Of a DNA stretch of 64,000 nt, positions 32,347 through 42,294 are shown one piece after another. Under the pieces are notes generated by a model. That model searched no databases, was not told the DNA's origin, and saw nothing but the letters and a program-made list of their open reading frames with translations. A program made the translations under genes and the position numbers. The DNA is from an uncultured Collinsella sp. Its GTDB lineage: Bacteria > Actinomycetota > Coriobacteriia > Coriobacteriales > Coriobacteriaceae. Position 1 is the first letter of the stretch, and every line of letters begins with the position of its first letter. The stretch spans positions 2,988-66,987 of the forward strand of contig CABRZJ010000002.1 of the NCBI GenBank assembly GCA_902475425.1, given 5' to 3'.

Positions 32347-33738
32347 ATGACGGTGGATTTAAACAGGCTGATTCTGGGCAAGAGCTACAACTCTACCAAG
32401 GTCTTTCGCACGGCACAGCACGTGGTCCAGGCCATCCTGCTCGGTGTTGTCGTTCCGGCGCTTATCCTGCTGCTTATCTGGGATTTAACCGATAACCCCA
32501 ATCCCGTTCCGGGCGTTGTCGTTATTGCCGGCATGGTCATGCTGTGCTTCTTTTTCTCATATGTCTTTGTGGTCCCCGACGACCTCACATCGAGCGCAAC
32601 CGACCGTACGCTCGCCATCGCATCAAAAATATTCGCCTACACGTCGCGCGGCCTTACGCCCGAAGCGGCCCTGGGCGCCTCTAAAATTATCCTGTCCGAG
32701 ACCATCGCCTCTGCCATCTGCTTTACCGACGGCAAGCAGGTGTTGGCAAGCTGGGGCGAGGACTCGGCAAAGTGCCCCGCCGGCACCCCGGTCGTGCTCA
32801 AGACCACGCTCAGTGTGATTGAGACGGGCGAGCAGAGCGTATTTTCGCGTGACACCTCCCATGAGACGGGCGGCTATTTTCCCCGCCTGCGCGCCGGCAT
32901 CGTCGCGCCGCTTACCGTGCGCGGGCATTGCGTGGGCACACTCGAGCTGTATTACCCCCGCCTGAGCAGCATTGATATGCGCCAGACGGCGTTGGCCTCG
33001 GGCTTTGCCGATCTCATCTCCACGCAGCTCGCGAGCTTTGAGCTCGAGCGCCAGGACGAGCTTACGGCCCGCGTGGAGCTGCGCGCCCTGCAATCGCAGG
33101 TCGACCCGCATTTTCTATTCAATACCATTAGCACTATCGTGTCGCTCGTTCGAACCGAGCCCGACAAGGCGCGATCGCTGCTGATCGACTTTTCCAACTA
33201 CTATCGTCAGACGCTTTCTGACTCCGATACGCTCACCACGCTCGAGCACGAGGTGGAACAGGGCACTCGTTATATCAATCTTATGCAGGCCCGGTATGGC
33301 GACGGCCGTCTGCGCGTCTCGGTCGACATCGACTTTGAGGTGCGCGACAGCCTGGTACCGCCGTTTATCTTGCAGCCGCTGCTCGAAAACTGCATCAAGC
33401 ATGCGCAGCGCGAGATCGAGCCGCTTTCTATTCGTGTTAGGGCTTTTGAGACCGATGACGGCTTGGAGATCATCGTCGAAGATGACGGCATCGGGATGAG
33501 CGAAGAAGTCTGCGCGCATCTGTTTGAGCAGCATCGCCGAGAGGAACCCGAGAGCATTACCGCCGACGGCTCCGTCAAGCGAGGTTGCGGCCTGGCGCTC
33601 TTCAACGTGCTTCAGCGCATCCATTTCTTTTACGGAGAAGATTCTGGTATGCGCGTGAAGTCCCAGGAGGGCGTGGGAACGCAGGTCATCGTTGAGTTGA
33701 ACGGCGAGCCACATGAGCCGGCGCCGTTGACGGTGTAG
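32347..33738 (+). CDS. LytS/YehU-family sensor histidine kinase
   Basis: Two TM helices, GAF-like region, LQSQVDPHFLFNT, LQPLLENCIKH and DDGIGM. Confidence 0.92.
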   Translation: MTVDLNRLILGKSYNSTKVFRTAQHVVQAILLGVVVPALILLLIWDLTDNPNPVPGVVVIAGMVMLCFFFSYVFVVPDDLTSSATDRTLAIASKIFAYTSRGLTPEAALGASKIILSETIASAICFTDGKQVLASWGEDSAKCPAGTPVVLKTTLSVIETGEQSVFSRDTSHETGGYFPRLRAGIVAPLTVRGHCVGTLELYYPRLSSIDMRQTALASGFADLISTQLASFELERQDELTARVELRALQSQVDPHFLFNTISTIVSLVRTEPDKARSLLIDFSNYYRQTLSDSDTLTTLEHEVEQGTRYINLMQARYGDGRLRVSVDIDFEVRDSLVPPFILQPLLENCIKHAQREIEPLSIRVRAFETDDGLEIIVEDDGIGMSEEVCAHLFEQHRREEPESITADGSVKRGCGLALFNVLQRIHFFYGEDSGMRVKSQEGVGTQVIVELNGEPHEPAPLTV

Positions 33739-33776
33739 CACGCGGTTGGATTGAGAGAAAAAGAGGGAAAGCGCAT

Positions 33777-34511
33777 ATGTCCGAAGGCTGGAACATCCTG
33801 GTGGTTGATGACGAGCCCCCAATTAGGGCTGAGCTACGCTATCTGTTGGAAAAGGATACGCGTGTGGGTCAGATTGCCGAGGCGGGCAATGTCACCGAAG
33901 CCGTGGAGTCGATTCTGTCGAACAAGCCCGACGTGCTGTTTTTAGACATTACCATGCCCGGTCGCTCGGGAATTGAGCTTGCCGAGACCCTGCAAAACCT
34001 AAAGAGGCCGCCGGTCGTGGTGTTTGTGACGGCATTTGCCGAGTATGCGGCCGATGCCTATAACCTCGATGCTGTCGATTACGTCGTCAAACCGGTCGAG
34101 GATGCCCGCCTGTCAAAGGCGCTCGACAAGATCGAGACTGCCCTGGGCGCTCGCCGTGTCGTCCATGCTCCGCGCCAGCCTTTGCGCCTGACGGTGGATC
34201 GCGGGGGCAAAAAGGTGTTCATTCCCGTGGCGGATGTCTGCTACTTTGAGGCGCGTGCCGATTTTTGCAACGCCGTCTGTGCCGATGGAACGTATCTGAT
34301 CAATGAGTCGATTTCCTCGCTCGAGCGCCGCTTGGCCTCCGAGGGCTTTATCCGCGTCCACCGCAGCTATCTGGTCAATTTGGAAGACGTGCACAATGTC
34401 GAGATCGGCTCCACGGGCCTGATGGAGCTCAGGCTCGACCGTGTGAGCTCGACGGTGCCCGTGTCCCGTCGTCGCGCTGCCGAGGTCAAATCGCACTTGG
34501 GGCTAGCGTAA
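33777..34511 (+). CDS. LytTR-family response regulator
   Basis: Receiver motifs (VVDDE, FLDI, VTAF, KP) and FIRVHRSYLVN...VPVSRR. Confidence 0.94.
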   Translation: MSEGWNILVVDDEPPIRAELRYLLEKDTRVGQIAEAGNVTEAVESILSNKPDVLFLDITMPGRSGIELAETLQNLKRPPVVVFVTAFAEYAADAYNLDAVDYVVKPVEDARLSKALDKIETALGARRVVHAPRQPLRLTVDRGGKKVFIPVADVCYFEARADFCNAVCADGTYLINESISSLERRLASEGFIRVHRSYLVNLEDVHNVEIGSTGLMELRLDRVSSTVPVSRRRAAEVKSHLGLA

Positions 34512-34602
34512 GGGTCGGTGTGCCATCGTTTGCCGTTACAGGTTTGGCATGACTGTGCGGTGGGCATAATGGATTGCATCGAATGAAATCGAAAGGATTA
34601 TT

Positions 34603-35547
34603 ATGCCCGCGCTCATTACGCATCATCTGTTTGGCGAGGAAAGCATCGACCGTCTTCCGCAGGGCGTTATCACGTCCGACGAGGAGCGCATCGCCTTTAT
34701 CCTGGGAAACCAAGGTCCCGACCCGTTTTTCTTCCACATGCTCACGCCGCGCATCTCCGACTGCATGTCGCTTGCTCAGGTCATGCACCGCTCGCGCATG
34801 TCGCGCCAATTCTCGTGCCTGCGCGACGGCGTGTCGCACCTGCAGCCGCGCGATGCCAATCTGGGTCGCGCCTTTGCGCTGGGCCTGCTGTCGCACTATG
34901 TGCTCGATCGCAATGCCCACCCCTTTGTCTACGAGCAGCAGTTTGGCATTGTCGAGTCCGATCCCGAGCTCGAGGCTTCGGGCAGTCAAGTTCATGCCGT
35001 GCTCGAAAGCGACCTGGACGTGCTGATGCTGCAGCTCAAGCGCGACGGGGCCACCGTTGAGGATTATCCGCCGGCGGGCGAGATCGTCACTACCGACCGC
35101 ATCAATCGCGTTGCCGGTGTGCTGATGAGCTATGTTGCCGGACGCGTGTACGGCATCGATATCCCGGTGGGAGAGTACGGCGGCGCCGTAGCCGACATGC
35201 AGCTGCTCTACCGCACTATCGAGCCCGCCGGTTCGGCCAAGACGCGCGCGATTGCCCTGCTCGAGGGCTTGGTGCACGATTATTCGCTGCTCGACGGCCT
35301 TGCGCACCGCGTGACGACCGAGCTGCCCGAGCGTACCGGAAATCTGGGCCACTTGGCATGGAAGAGCCCCTTTACCGATGAAGTCTCGACCGAGAGCTTC
35401 CCCGAGGTCTTTGACCGCGCACTGCTCGATTACGAGCTCACCGTCGCCCGCTTTATCGAGACCGGCGATATGGAAGCCGTGACCAACCACGTCAATTACA
35501 GCGGTCGCGTGCTCGGCGCCGACGAAGAGTTCGACCGCGAGGAGTAG
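34603..35547 (+). CDS. Zinc-dependent phospholipase C-like family protein
   Basis: MPALITH, GNQGPDPFFF and HYVLDRNAHPFV. Confidence 0.8.
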   Translation: MPALITHHLFGEESIDRLPQGVITSDEERIAFILGNQGPDPFFFHMLTPRISDCMSLAQVMHRSRMSRQFSCLRDGVSHLQPRDANLGRAFALGLLSHYVLDRNAHPFVYEQQFGIVESDPELEASGSQVHAVLESDLDVLMLQLKRDGATVEDYPPAGEIVTTDRINRVAGVLMSYVAGRVYGIDIPVGEYGGAVADMQLLYRTIEPAGSAKTRAIALLEGLVHDYSLLDGLAHRVTTELPERTGNLGHLAWKSPFTDEVSTESFPEVFDRALLDYELTVARFIETGDMEAVTNHVNYSGRVLGADEEFDREE

Positions 35548-35648
35548 GGCTCGTGCGTGCCCCTTTGCCGAATCCTTACCGGCGCCTCTGGACAATTGGG
35601 GTACGATGAACTAACTGCATATCGGGCGAATACGAAGGGGCCCTGTCC

Positions 35649-36899
35649 ATGAAATACACCAAGCTCGAGCGTAACTGGGTTATGTACGATGTGGGCAACT
35701 CGGCCCTCGTGCTGCTCAATACCTCGGTGGTGCCCATCTACTTTAACGCCATCAATACCGGTGCTTCCTCGGCAGACCTGGTGGTCGCCTGGGGCAACGC
35801 GCAGACGATTGCCTCGCTGGTCATTGCCATGCTCATGCCCATTCTGGGCGCGCTTGCCGATTACGCCGGCAACAAGATCAAGTTCTTCTTGGGCTTCTTC
35901 CTCACGGGCCTGGTTCTTTGCCTGGCGCAGGCTATCCCCATGTCCGCCATGGCATTTTTGACCGTGTACGTGCTGTGCACCATCGGCCTTAACTCTTCTA
36001 TGACGTTCTACGACGCCATGCTGCCCGACATTACCACCGACGAGCGCATGGACGCCGTGTCCAGCTCGGGCTATGCCTGGGGCTACATCGGTTCCACCGT
36101 GCCGTTCATCATCTGCCTGGCGCTTATCATGGGTGGCCCCGCTCTTGGCGTCCCCACCATGCTGGCAACGCGTCTGTCGTTTGTCATCACCGGTGCCTGG
36201 TGGCTCATCTTTACCCTGCCGCTCATTCGCACCTATAAGCAAAAGTACGGTCGCGAGCGCGGTCCCCAGGACACCATCGGCCACATCGTGGGCGGCGTGT
36301 TCTCCGAGGTCGGACACACCATGCGCGAGATCGCCCACAACAAGACCGTGCTGGTCTACATGATCGCGTTCTTCTTCTACATCGACGGTGTGCACACGGT
36401 CATTTCCATGGCAACCAGCTACGGGTCGGCTTTGGGCATCGACTCGACCCAACTGGTGCTGGCTCTGCTCGTCACGCAGTTTGTGGCCTTCCCGTCCGCC
36501 ATCATCTACGGCAAGCTCGCCGGTCGCGTGGGCACACTCAATATGATCTTGGTGGCCGTCGCCGCCTATATGGGCATCGTGCTCTTTGCCGCGTTTTTCT
36601 TAAAGACCGCCTTTGAGTTCTGGGTGCTCGCCATTTTGGTCGGCCTGTTCCAAGGCGGCGTGCAGGCGCTGAGCCGCAGCTATTTTGGCCGCATCATCCC
36701 CAAGGAAAAGTCCAACGAGTACTACGGCTTCTTCGATATCTTTGGCCGTTACGCAAGCGTTATGGGCACCTTCCTGGTGTCGGTTGTCACCTCGCTGACC
36801 GGCAACCCGTCGCTGGGCGTCCTTTCTATTGGCGTTCTGCTGGTTGTTGGCTTTGTGCTGCTGGTCCGTCTGTCCCGCATGGCTCAGGCGGCGGCGTAA
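35649..36899 (+). CDS. MFS transporter (UMF1/Atg22-like)
   Basis: WVMYDVGNS, FYDAMLPD, GYAWGYIG and QALSRSYF. Confidence 0.9.
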   Translation: MKYTKLERNWVMYDVGNSALVLLNTSVVPIYFNAINTGASSADLVVAWGNAQTIASLVIAMLMPILGALADYAGNKIKFFLGFFLTGLVLCLAQAIPMSAMAFLTVYVLCTIGLNSSMTFYDAMLPDITTDERMDAVSSSGYAWGYIGSTVPFIICLALIMGGPALGVPTMLATRLSFVITGAWWLIFTLPLIRTYKQKYGRERGPQDTIGHIVGGVFSEVGHTMREIAHNKTVLVYMIAFFFYIDGVHTVISMATSYGSALGIDSTQLVLALLVTQFVAFPSAIIYGKLAGRVGTLNMILVAVAAYMGIVLFAAFFLKTAFEFWVLAILVGLFQGGVQALSRSYFGRIIPKEKSNEYYGFFDIFGRYASVMGTFLVSVVTSLTGNPSLGVLSIGVLLVVGFVLLVRLSRMAQAAA

Positions 36900-37081
36900 G
36901 GCAACCGGGCTCAGTACAGCAATTGTGCCTATCTGCAGTACTCTTTTGGAAGTGGCCGCATAAATCATTCTGACTTCCGAACAATGTTTAGCCCAAGTGG
37001 GTATGATGGAATCAGCTAGGTCGCGGGGCGTCGCCTGTGTTTGGCGGCGCCCCGTTTTTGTGTTGCAAGGAGGGTAAAGGT

Positions 37082-38269
37082 ATGAACGCCACGGTTGTGA
37101 TCCCAACATATTGGGCGGGCGATGATACCCAAGCAAACGCTCCCGGCACCTACGATCACTCGACGTCGCTCAATGCCGCCAACCCGGAACTCGATCGCTG
37201 CCTGACTTCGCTCGAACAGGTGCACGACATTCCGCGCATCATTCTCTTGGTGGTCTGTCCGGTTTCTGCCACGGCCGACGTATCCCATCGCGTGCACGAA
37301 ATCGTTAATGCTCATCCCACACTTAAGGTCACCATCGTTACCAATACTCAGGCTTCGCGTGTTGCCGACCGCGTGGCGCAGATTGCGCCCAAAGGCTCGG
37401 GCGAGTGCGTGAGCCTGCGCGGCTACGGCGCCATCCGCAACATGGGTCTTGCCTGCGCTGCGGTGCTGGGGCACGACGCGGTTGTGTTTTTGGATGACGA
37501 CGAGACCGTCATCGATGCCGACTTTATGAAGCGTGCGACCTATGCACTGGGCCAACAGACGCGTCAGGGCCTGCCGATTTTAGTCAAGAGCGGATACTTT
37601 TACGATCGCGACGGGTCGCCGCTGGCTCCCACGGACAAAGTGGGCATTTGCCATCGCTGGTGGACCAAGCGTATCGAGTTCAATCGCTGGATGAAAAAGG
37701 CGCTCTCGGGCACCCGCATCTCGCGTTCCAATTACGTGTGCGGCGGCCTGATGGCCCTGCACGCCCGCGCCTTTACGCGCGTGGCCTTCGACCCGTTTAT
37801 CACCCGCGGCGAGGATCTGGACTACCTGTTTAACATGCGCATGTTCGGCTATGACGTGTGGTTCGATAACGAGTGGACCGTGCGCCACCTGCCGCCCGAG
37901 TCCGAGAAGCGCTCGCCGCGCTTTATGCAGGACGTGTACCGTTGGTACTACGAGCGGGCCAAGCTGACGTTCGCTGCGCACCAAAAGGAGCTCATTCCGG
38001 TTACGGCCGCATCACTCATGCCCTATCCGGGTCCGTGGATCTCGCGCGAGCTCGACGACCGCGTGCGCAAGACCGCCATGGTTCGCAGCATGTTTACCCG
38101 CGAGCACGAGGGGTATCTGCGCATCTGGCGTCATGGTATTGACGAGGCCAAGACCTATGCCCGCCAAAACGCCGCAAGCTACCTGCGTTTTCAGAGTTTC
38201 TGGCCCAAGATCATGGATGAACTTTGGCGCGACGCACAACTGATTAGCATCCTGGAGGGGGCTGAATGA
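37082..38269 (+). CDS. GT-A fold (GT2-like) glycosyltransferase
   Basis: VVIPT, GYGAIRN, FLDDD and RGEDLDY. Confidence 0.75.
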   Translation: MNATVVIPTYWAGDDTQANAPGTYDHSTSLNAANPELDRCLTSLEQVHDIPRIILLVVCPVSATADVSHRVHEIVNAHPTLKVTIVTNTQASRVADRVAQIAPKGSGECVSLRGYGAIRNMGLACAAVLGHDAVVFLDDDETVIDADFMKRATYALGQQTRQGLPILVKSGYFYDRDGSPLAPTDKVGICHRWWTKRIEFNRWMKKALSGTRISRSNYVCGGLMALHARAFTRVAFDPFITRGEDLDYLFNMRMFGYDVWFDNEWTVRHLPPESEKRSPRFMQDVYRWYYERAKLTFAAHQKELIPVTAASLMPYPGPWISRELDDRVRKTAMVRSMFTREHEGYLRIWRHGIDEAKTYARQNAASYLRFQSFWPKIMDELWRDAQLISILEGAE

Positions 38270-39609
38270 TCGACCGCCGCGCCCAGCGCGATAATTCAAT
38301 TTCAATCTTTCGCATCATCGCCGTTGTCTGCGCCGTTTGCGTGTTGGTGTACTTTATCTTTGCCCTGGCGACTGGCATTGAGCCGATTGCCACGGTGATC
38401 GCCTGTGCGCTGCTGTGTATCTTCCTGTGCATCTTTATCTATTTGACGCTCAACCCCGATTCGGTACGCTCCCAGTACACCGAGGAGACGCTCTCGGTTG
38501 CCTCGGCCATGCTCGAGGACATTAAGGGCGGCCTGACGCAGGAATCGGCGCTTTTGGTGTGCCGGCGTATTCTGCCCGAGACACGTGCCATGACCGTTGC
38601 CATCACCGATGAGAGCAACGTGCTGGCCTGCGCGGGCGAGTTCGAGGAAAAGCTGCTGCCCGATTCGCCCATCCATACGCTTGCCACGCGCTACGTCATT
38701 GAGCACGGCATCGTGCAGTCGTTCAACCGCGTGGTGGACGTGGTGGGTTCGGATGGCTCGCACAACCATGTTCCCGCCGGCATCATCGCGCCCATCAAGG
38801 TGGGCGACCGCACCGTCGGCACGCTCAAGTTCTACTACAAGACCCCGCGTGCCGTCGACCGTACCCAGTATGCGCTCGCCTCGGGTTTTGCCGAGATCCT
38901 GTCCACGCAGCTCGCCATCCACGAGCTCGAGGTGCAAAAGGAACTGACGGCCCGTGCCGAGGTGCGTGCCCTGCAGGCGCAGATCAACCCGCACTTTCTG
39001 TTCAACACGCTCAACACCATCGCGTCGTTTACGCGTACCGACCCGCTGCGTGCCCGCGAGCTGCTGCGCGAGTTTTCCTCGTTCTATCGCGCCACGCTCG
39101 ACAACTCGGGGTCGCTTATCCCGGTCTCGCGCGAGGTTGCCCAGACCAAGCGCTACCTGACGTTTGAGAAGGCGCGCTTTGGCGAGGACCGCGTGCTGGC
39201 GACCTTCGATGTCTCCGAGGATGTCGAGGACACATTGGTCCCGGCCTTTGTAATCCAGCCCATCGTCGAGAACGCCGTGCGGCATGGCATGGGCGATGGC
39301 GATGCCCTGCAGATCGATGTGACCGTCCATCAAGACGGCGACGACGCAATCCTGATTGCCGTGGCCGACAACGGCGTGGGCATGGACGAGGGTACCGCCG
39401 CCAGGCTGTTTGATGAGCGCTCCGCCCGCCCCGATGCCAGTTCCCCGCAAGGCGGCGGCGCCGGCGTGGCCATGCACAATATTTCTGAGCGCATCCATCG
39501 CTTTTATGGACCGCACTCTTATACGCGCGTCGAATCGGCGCCGGGCAAGGGCACCAAAGTGCTCCTGCATCTTGATTTGTCAGAGAGCATCTTTGACATT
39601 CAAGAGTAA
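38266..39609 (+). CDS. LytS-family sensor histidine kinase (second paralogue)
   Basis: LQAQINPHFLFNTL, QPIVENAVRH and DNGVGM. Confidence 0.92.
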   Translation: MIDRRAQRDNSISIFRIIAVVCAVCVLVYFIFALATGIEPIATVIACALLCIFLCIFIYLTLNPDSVRSQYTEETLSVASAMLEDIKGGLTQESALLVCRRILPETRAMTVAITDESNVLACAGEFEEKLLPDSPIHTLATRYVIEHGIVQSFNRVVDVVGSDGSHNHVPAGIIAPIKVGDRTVGTLKFYYKTPRAVDRTQYALASGFAEILSTQLAIHELEVQKELTARAEVRALQAQINPHFLFNTLNTIASFTRTDPLRARELLREFSSFYRATLDNSGSLIPVSREVAQTKRYLTFEKARFGEDRVLATFDVSEDVEDTLVPAFVIQPIVENAVRHGMGDGDALQIDVTVHQDGDDAILIAVADNGVGMDEGTAARLFDERSARPDASSPQGGGAGVAMHNISERIHRFYGPHSYTRVESAPGKGTKVLLHLDLSESIFDIQE

Positions 39610-39681
39610 AATAAAAGGCTATGGGCTCAACGCCAAGCGGCGGATGCCCAGCGTAGTTTGTTGACGAAAGGTTTAATCCCT

Positions 39682-40398
39682 ATGCTGCGTGCGATGATTG
39701 TGGATGATGAGGCCCCGGCCCGTTCGGAACTTCGCTTCTTGCTCGAGCAGACGGGCAAGATCGGCACGATCACGGAGGCGTCGAGCGTCCGCTCCGCCAT
39801 TGAGATGTTGATGGAAAGCCGCGTCGATGTCGTATTTCTCGATATCTCGATGCCCGGTGCTTCTGGTCTGCAGCTTGCCGAGGCGCTGCATAAGCTTAAG
39901 AATCCGCCGGCGATTGTGTTTGTGACCGCGTATAGCGATCATGCCGTCGAGGCGTTCGACGTAGATGCCGTCGATTACCTCATGAAGCCGGTTGAGGAGG
40001 CACGCCTGGATCGCGCGATCGAGAAGGTCATGCAGCACGCCAAGCCCGTCACGGACAGCAAAGCCACCATCGAGCGCATTCCGGTGGAAAAGGGCGGCCG
40101 TAAGGTCCTCATTCCCGTGGATGACATTCGCTTCATCATGGCCAAGGACGATTACTCCTGTATCTATACCGTCGATGATCGTTTTCTATCGACGACTTCG
40201 TTGGCGCAGTTCGAGGCCAAGCTTTGCGACTTTGGCTTCTTTCGCGTTCATCGTCGCTATATCGTCAACTTGGCGTGCGTCACGGATGTCGAGACGGTGC
40301 CCTCGGGCGCTATCCAACTGGGCATTACGGGCGTCGACGAACGCGTGCCGGTCTCGCGCCGCCGCGTTGTGCCGCTCAAGAAGGCCCTGAGCCTCTAG
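39682..40398 (+). CDS. LytTR-family response regulator (second paralogue)
   Basis: IVDDE, FLDI, FFRVHRRYIVN and VPVSRR. Confidence 0.94.
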   Translation: MLRAMIVDDEAPARSELRFLLEQTGKIGTITEASSVRSAIEMLMESRVDVVFLDISMPGASGLQLAEALHKLKNPPAIVFVTAYSDHAVEAFDVDAVDYLMKPVEEARLDRAIEKVMQHAKPVTDSKATIERIPVEKGGRKVLIPVDDIRFIMAKDDYSCIYTVDDRFLSTTSLAQFEAKLCDFGFFRVHRRYIVNLACVTDVETVPSGAIQLGITGVDERVPVSRRRVVPLKKALSL

Positions 40399-40489
40399 CA
40401 CACTGGCCCCGCAGCCCTGTAGACCAATTGTCTGCGGAGCCGTGGGGCTTTTTGTATATACGTCGAATCGGTTTTGAAGAAGGGATCCC

Positions 40490-40957
40490 ATGAACAGTGC
40501 AAGCGCCAAGCGCATCGACATCATCTCGGACACCCACGGCTATCTTTCGCCCGCGCTTCTGGACAAGCTCAAGGGCGCAGATCTGATCATCCACGCCGGA
40601 GACCTCACCTCAGAGATGGATTACGAGCATCTATGCACCATCGCCCCCGTGCGAGCGGTCCTGGGCAACAACGACTACTACCGCGATTACGGCCCCGATG
40701 TAGACCGTCTGGCCCTCTTCACCTACGAAGGACTCAAATTCGCCGTAGCCCACTACCGCGAAGACCTTCCGGTGGGATCCGTAGACGTAGCCATCAACGG
40801 TCACACCCACGTAACCAAAGAAGCCCAAGTAGGCCGCTGCCTGGTCCTCAATCCCGGTAGCGCCAGCTACCCCAGAGGCACCCGAGGCCCCACCATGGCC
40901 AGAATGCTCGTCAAGGACGGCAAGATCCTGAGCACCAAATTTATTGACCTGGAGTAA
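40490..40957 (+). CDS. YfcE/MJ0936-family metallophosphoesterase
   Basis: SDTHG, HAGD, GNND, GHTH and NPGS. Confidence 0.9.
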   Translation: MNSASAKRIDIISDTHGYLSPALLDKLKGADLIIHAGDLTSEMDYEHLCTIAPVRAVLGNNDYYRDYGPDVDRLALFTYEGLKFAVAHYREDLPVGSVDVAINGHTHVTKEAQVGRCLVLNPGSASYPRGTRGPTMARMLVKDGKILSTKFIDLE

Positions 40958-40964
40958 CCGCAAC

Positions 40965-41000
40965 AAAAACGGGGGATGCACAACGCATCCCCCGTTTTTT
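40965..41000 (+). terminator. Intrinsic, possibly bidirectional, terminator
   Basis: AAAAACGGGGGATGC-loop-GCATCCCCCGTTTTTT. Confidence 0.8.
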
Positions 41001-41114
41001 ATGAGCCAAAGGCGGAAGTTCAACAAGATCCATCAGACCAACCCCGCCGAGGAGCACGCGGGCTAGCCGCGCAGCGGCGCACGCCTGCAAAACTGGTTGA
41101 ATAATGTGACGGCA

Positions 41115-41257
41115 GGGAGGGTCTCCGGGGCTGGGGGCGGGGGTTAAGTTTGTCGCGAGTTCCGCACGCAAAGGAAAGCACTTAATGTGCTTTCCGTCTT
41201 GCGCAGGACTGTAGAGCAGCAAACTTAACCCCCGCCCCCAGCCCCGGAGACCCTCCC
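41115..41257. repeat. Long nested palindrome upstream of tRNA-Asp
   Basis: Perfect 38-bp IR at 41115-41152/41220-41257 with inner hairpin GGAAAGCAC/GTGCTTTCC. Confidence 0.88.
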
Positions 41258-41290
41258 GGAGGGGCCCAAAAAATATTTTCAAAAAAGTTG

Positions 41291-41320
41291 TTGCGCACCG
41301 GACAGACTTCTGTGTATACT
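41291..41320 (+). promoter_or_regulatory. Sigma70-type promoter of tRNA-Asp
   Basis: TTGCGC-N18-TATACT with an upstream TG and an AT-rich UP-like tract. Confidence 0.65.
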
Positions 41321-41366
41321 AATCCCCGCAGCGCACGCGAGCGGAAACAAACGCGAACGACTGCCT

Positions 41367-41444
<78 letters not shown>

Positions 41445-41452
41445 ACGCAATT

Positions 41453-41480
41453 AAAGCCACGTCTTCGGACGTGGCTTTTT
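41453..41480 (+). terminator. Intrinsic terminator after tRNA-Asp
   Basis: AAAGCCACGTC-TTCG-GACGTGGCTTTTT. Confidence 0.85.
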
Positions 41481-41787
41481 GCGTTTGATAGGACCTTGAT
41501 CCCATCGGCCCCTTTCACCCAAAACAAAATCCTTCCAATTCCCGGACAAGCTCCGTTTGAGACATGTGTTCAAACAAAGCGTTTGTTGCGCAATACCTGT
41601 TCAACGAAGCAGGGGGTTAGGTTATACTAAATTGCACTATGGGCCGTTTTTGATGCAAGAGGCTTCAAACACGGCATTCAGTGGGCACCCGTTTTGCTAT
41701 ATGGGCGTCCATACGGTCATTGACGTCTCGACGTAAGCTCGGCCCCGGAGCTAGTTCGAGCTGTTCCTATTCCTTGAAAGGGGAAAA

Positions 41788-42273
41788 ATGGACATATCGA
41801 GGAAGACTGATTACGCCCTTCGCATGCTCGCGATGCTTGCCGAGGACTCGGAGCGTCTGCTTTCTGTTCGCACCGCCGCCGAAGAGGTCAATGTCCCGTA
41901 TTCGTTTGCCCGTTCGATTCAGCATGGTTTGGTTCAGGCCGGTATTGTGGAGAGCCTGCGTGGCGTCCATGGCGGCATGCGTCTTAAGGTCAGCCCCGAC
42001 GATGTCACCATTCGCCAGGTCGTTGAAGCCGTTCAGGGCCCCATGGTCATGAACGATTGCACCGCGCCCGATGGCGACTGTGCACGCATGGGCACGTGCT
42101 GTTATCATCCCCTGTGGGCCGGAGCTCAAGCGCTGATGCGCGACTACCTCGATTCCGTTTCGCTGGGCGATATCGTCGCTCACCGCCAGTTCCCGGCCGT
42201 CGATTCCAAGTTCGCCGACCGCGATGCGTTTCCCGAGTACGCCACCTGTGCGTGTGCTTGCCGGGAGGAATAG
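41788..42273 (+). CDS. Rrf2-family transcriptional regulator with Cys motif
   Basis: ISRKTDYALR, SLRGVHGG and C-x6-C-x5-C. Confidence 0.9.
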   Translation: MDISRKTDYALRMLAMLAEDSERLLSVRTAAEEVNVPYSFARSIQHGLVQAGIVESLRGVHGGMRLKVSPDDVTIRQVVEAVQGPMVMNDCTAPDGDCARMGTCCYHPLWAGAQALMRDYLDSVSLGDIVAHRQFPAVDSKFADRDAFPEYATCACACREE

Positions 42274-42294
42274 CGCCGCATAAGGAGCATAGCC

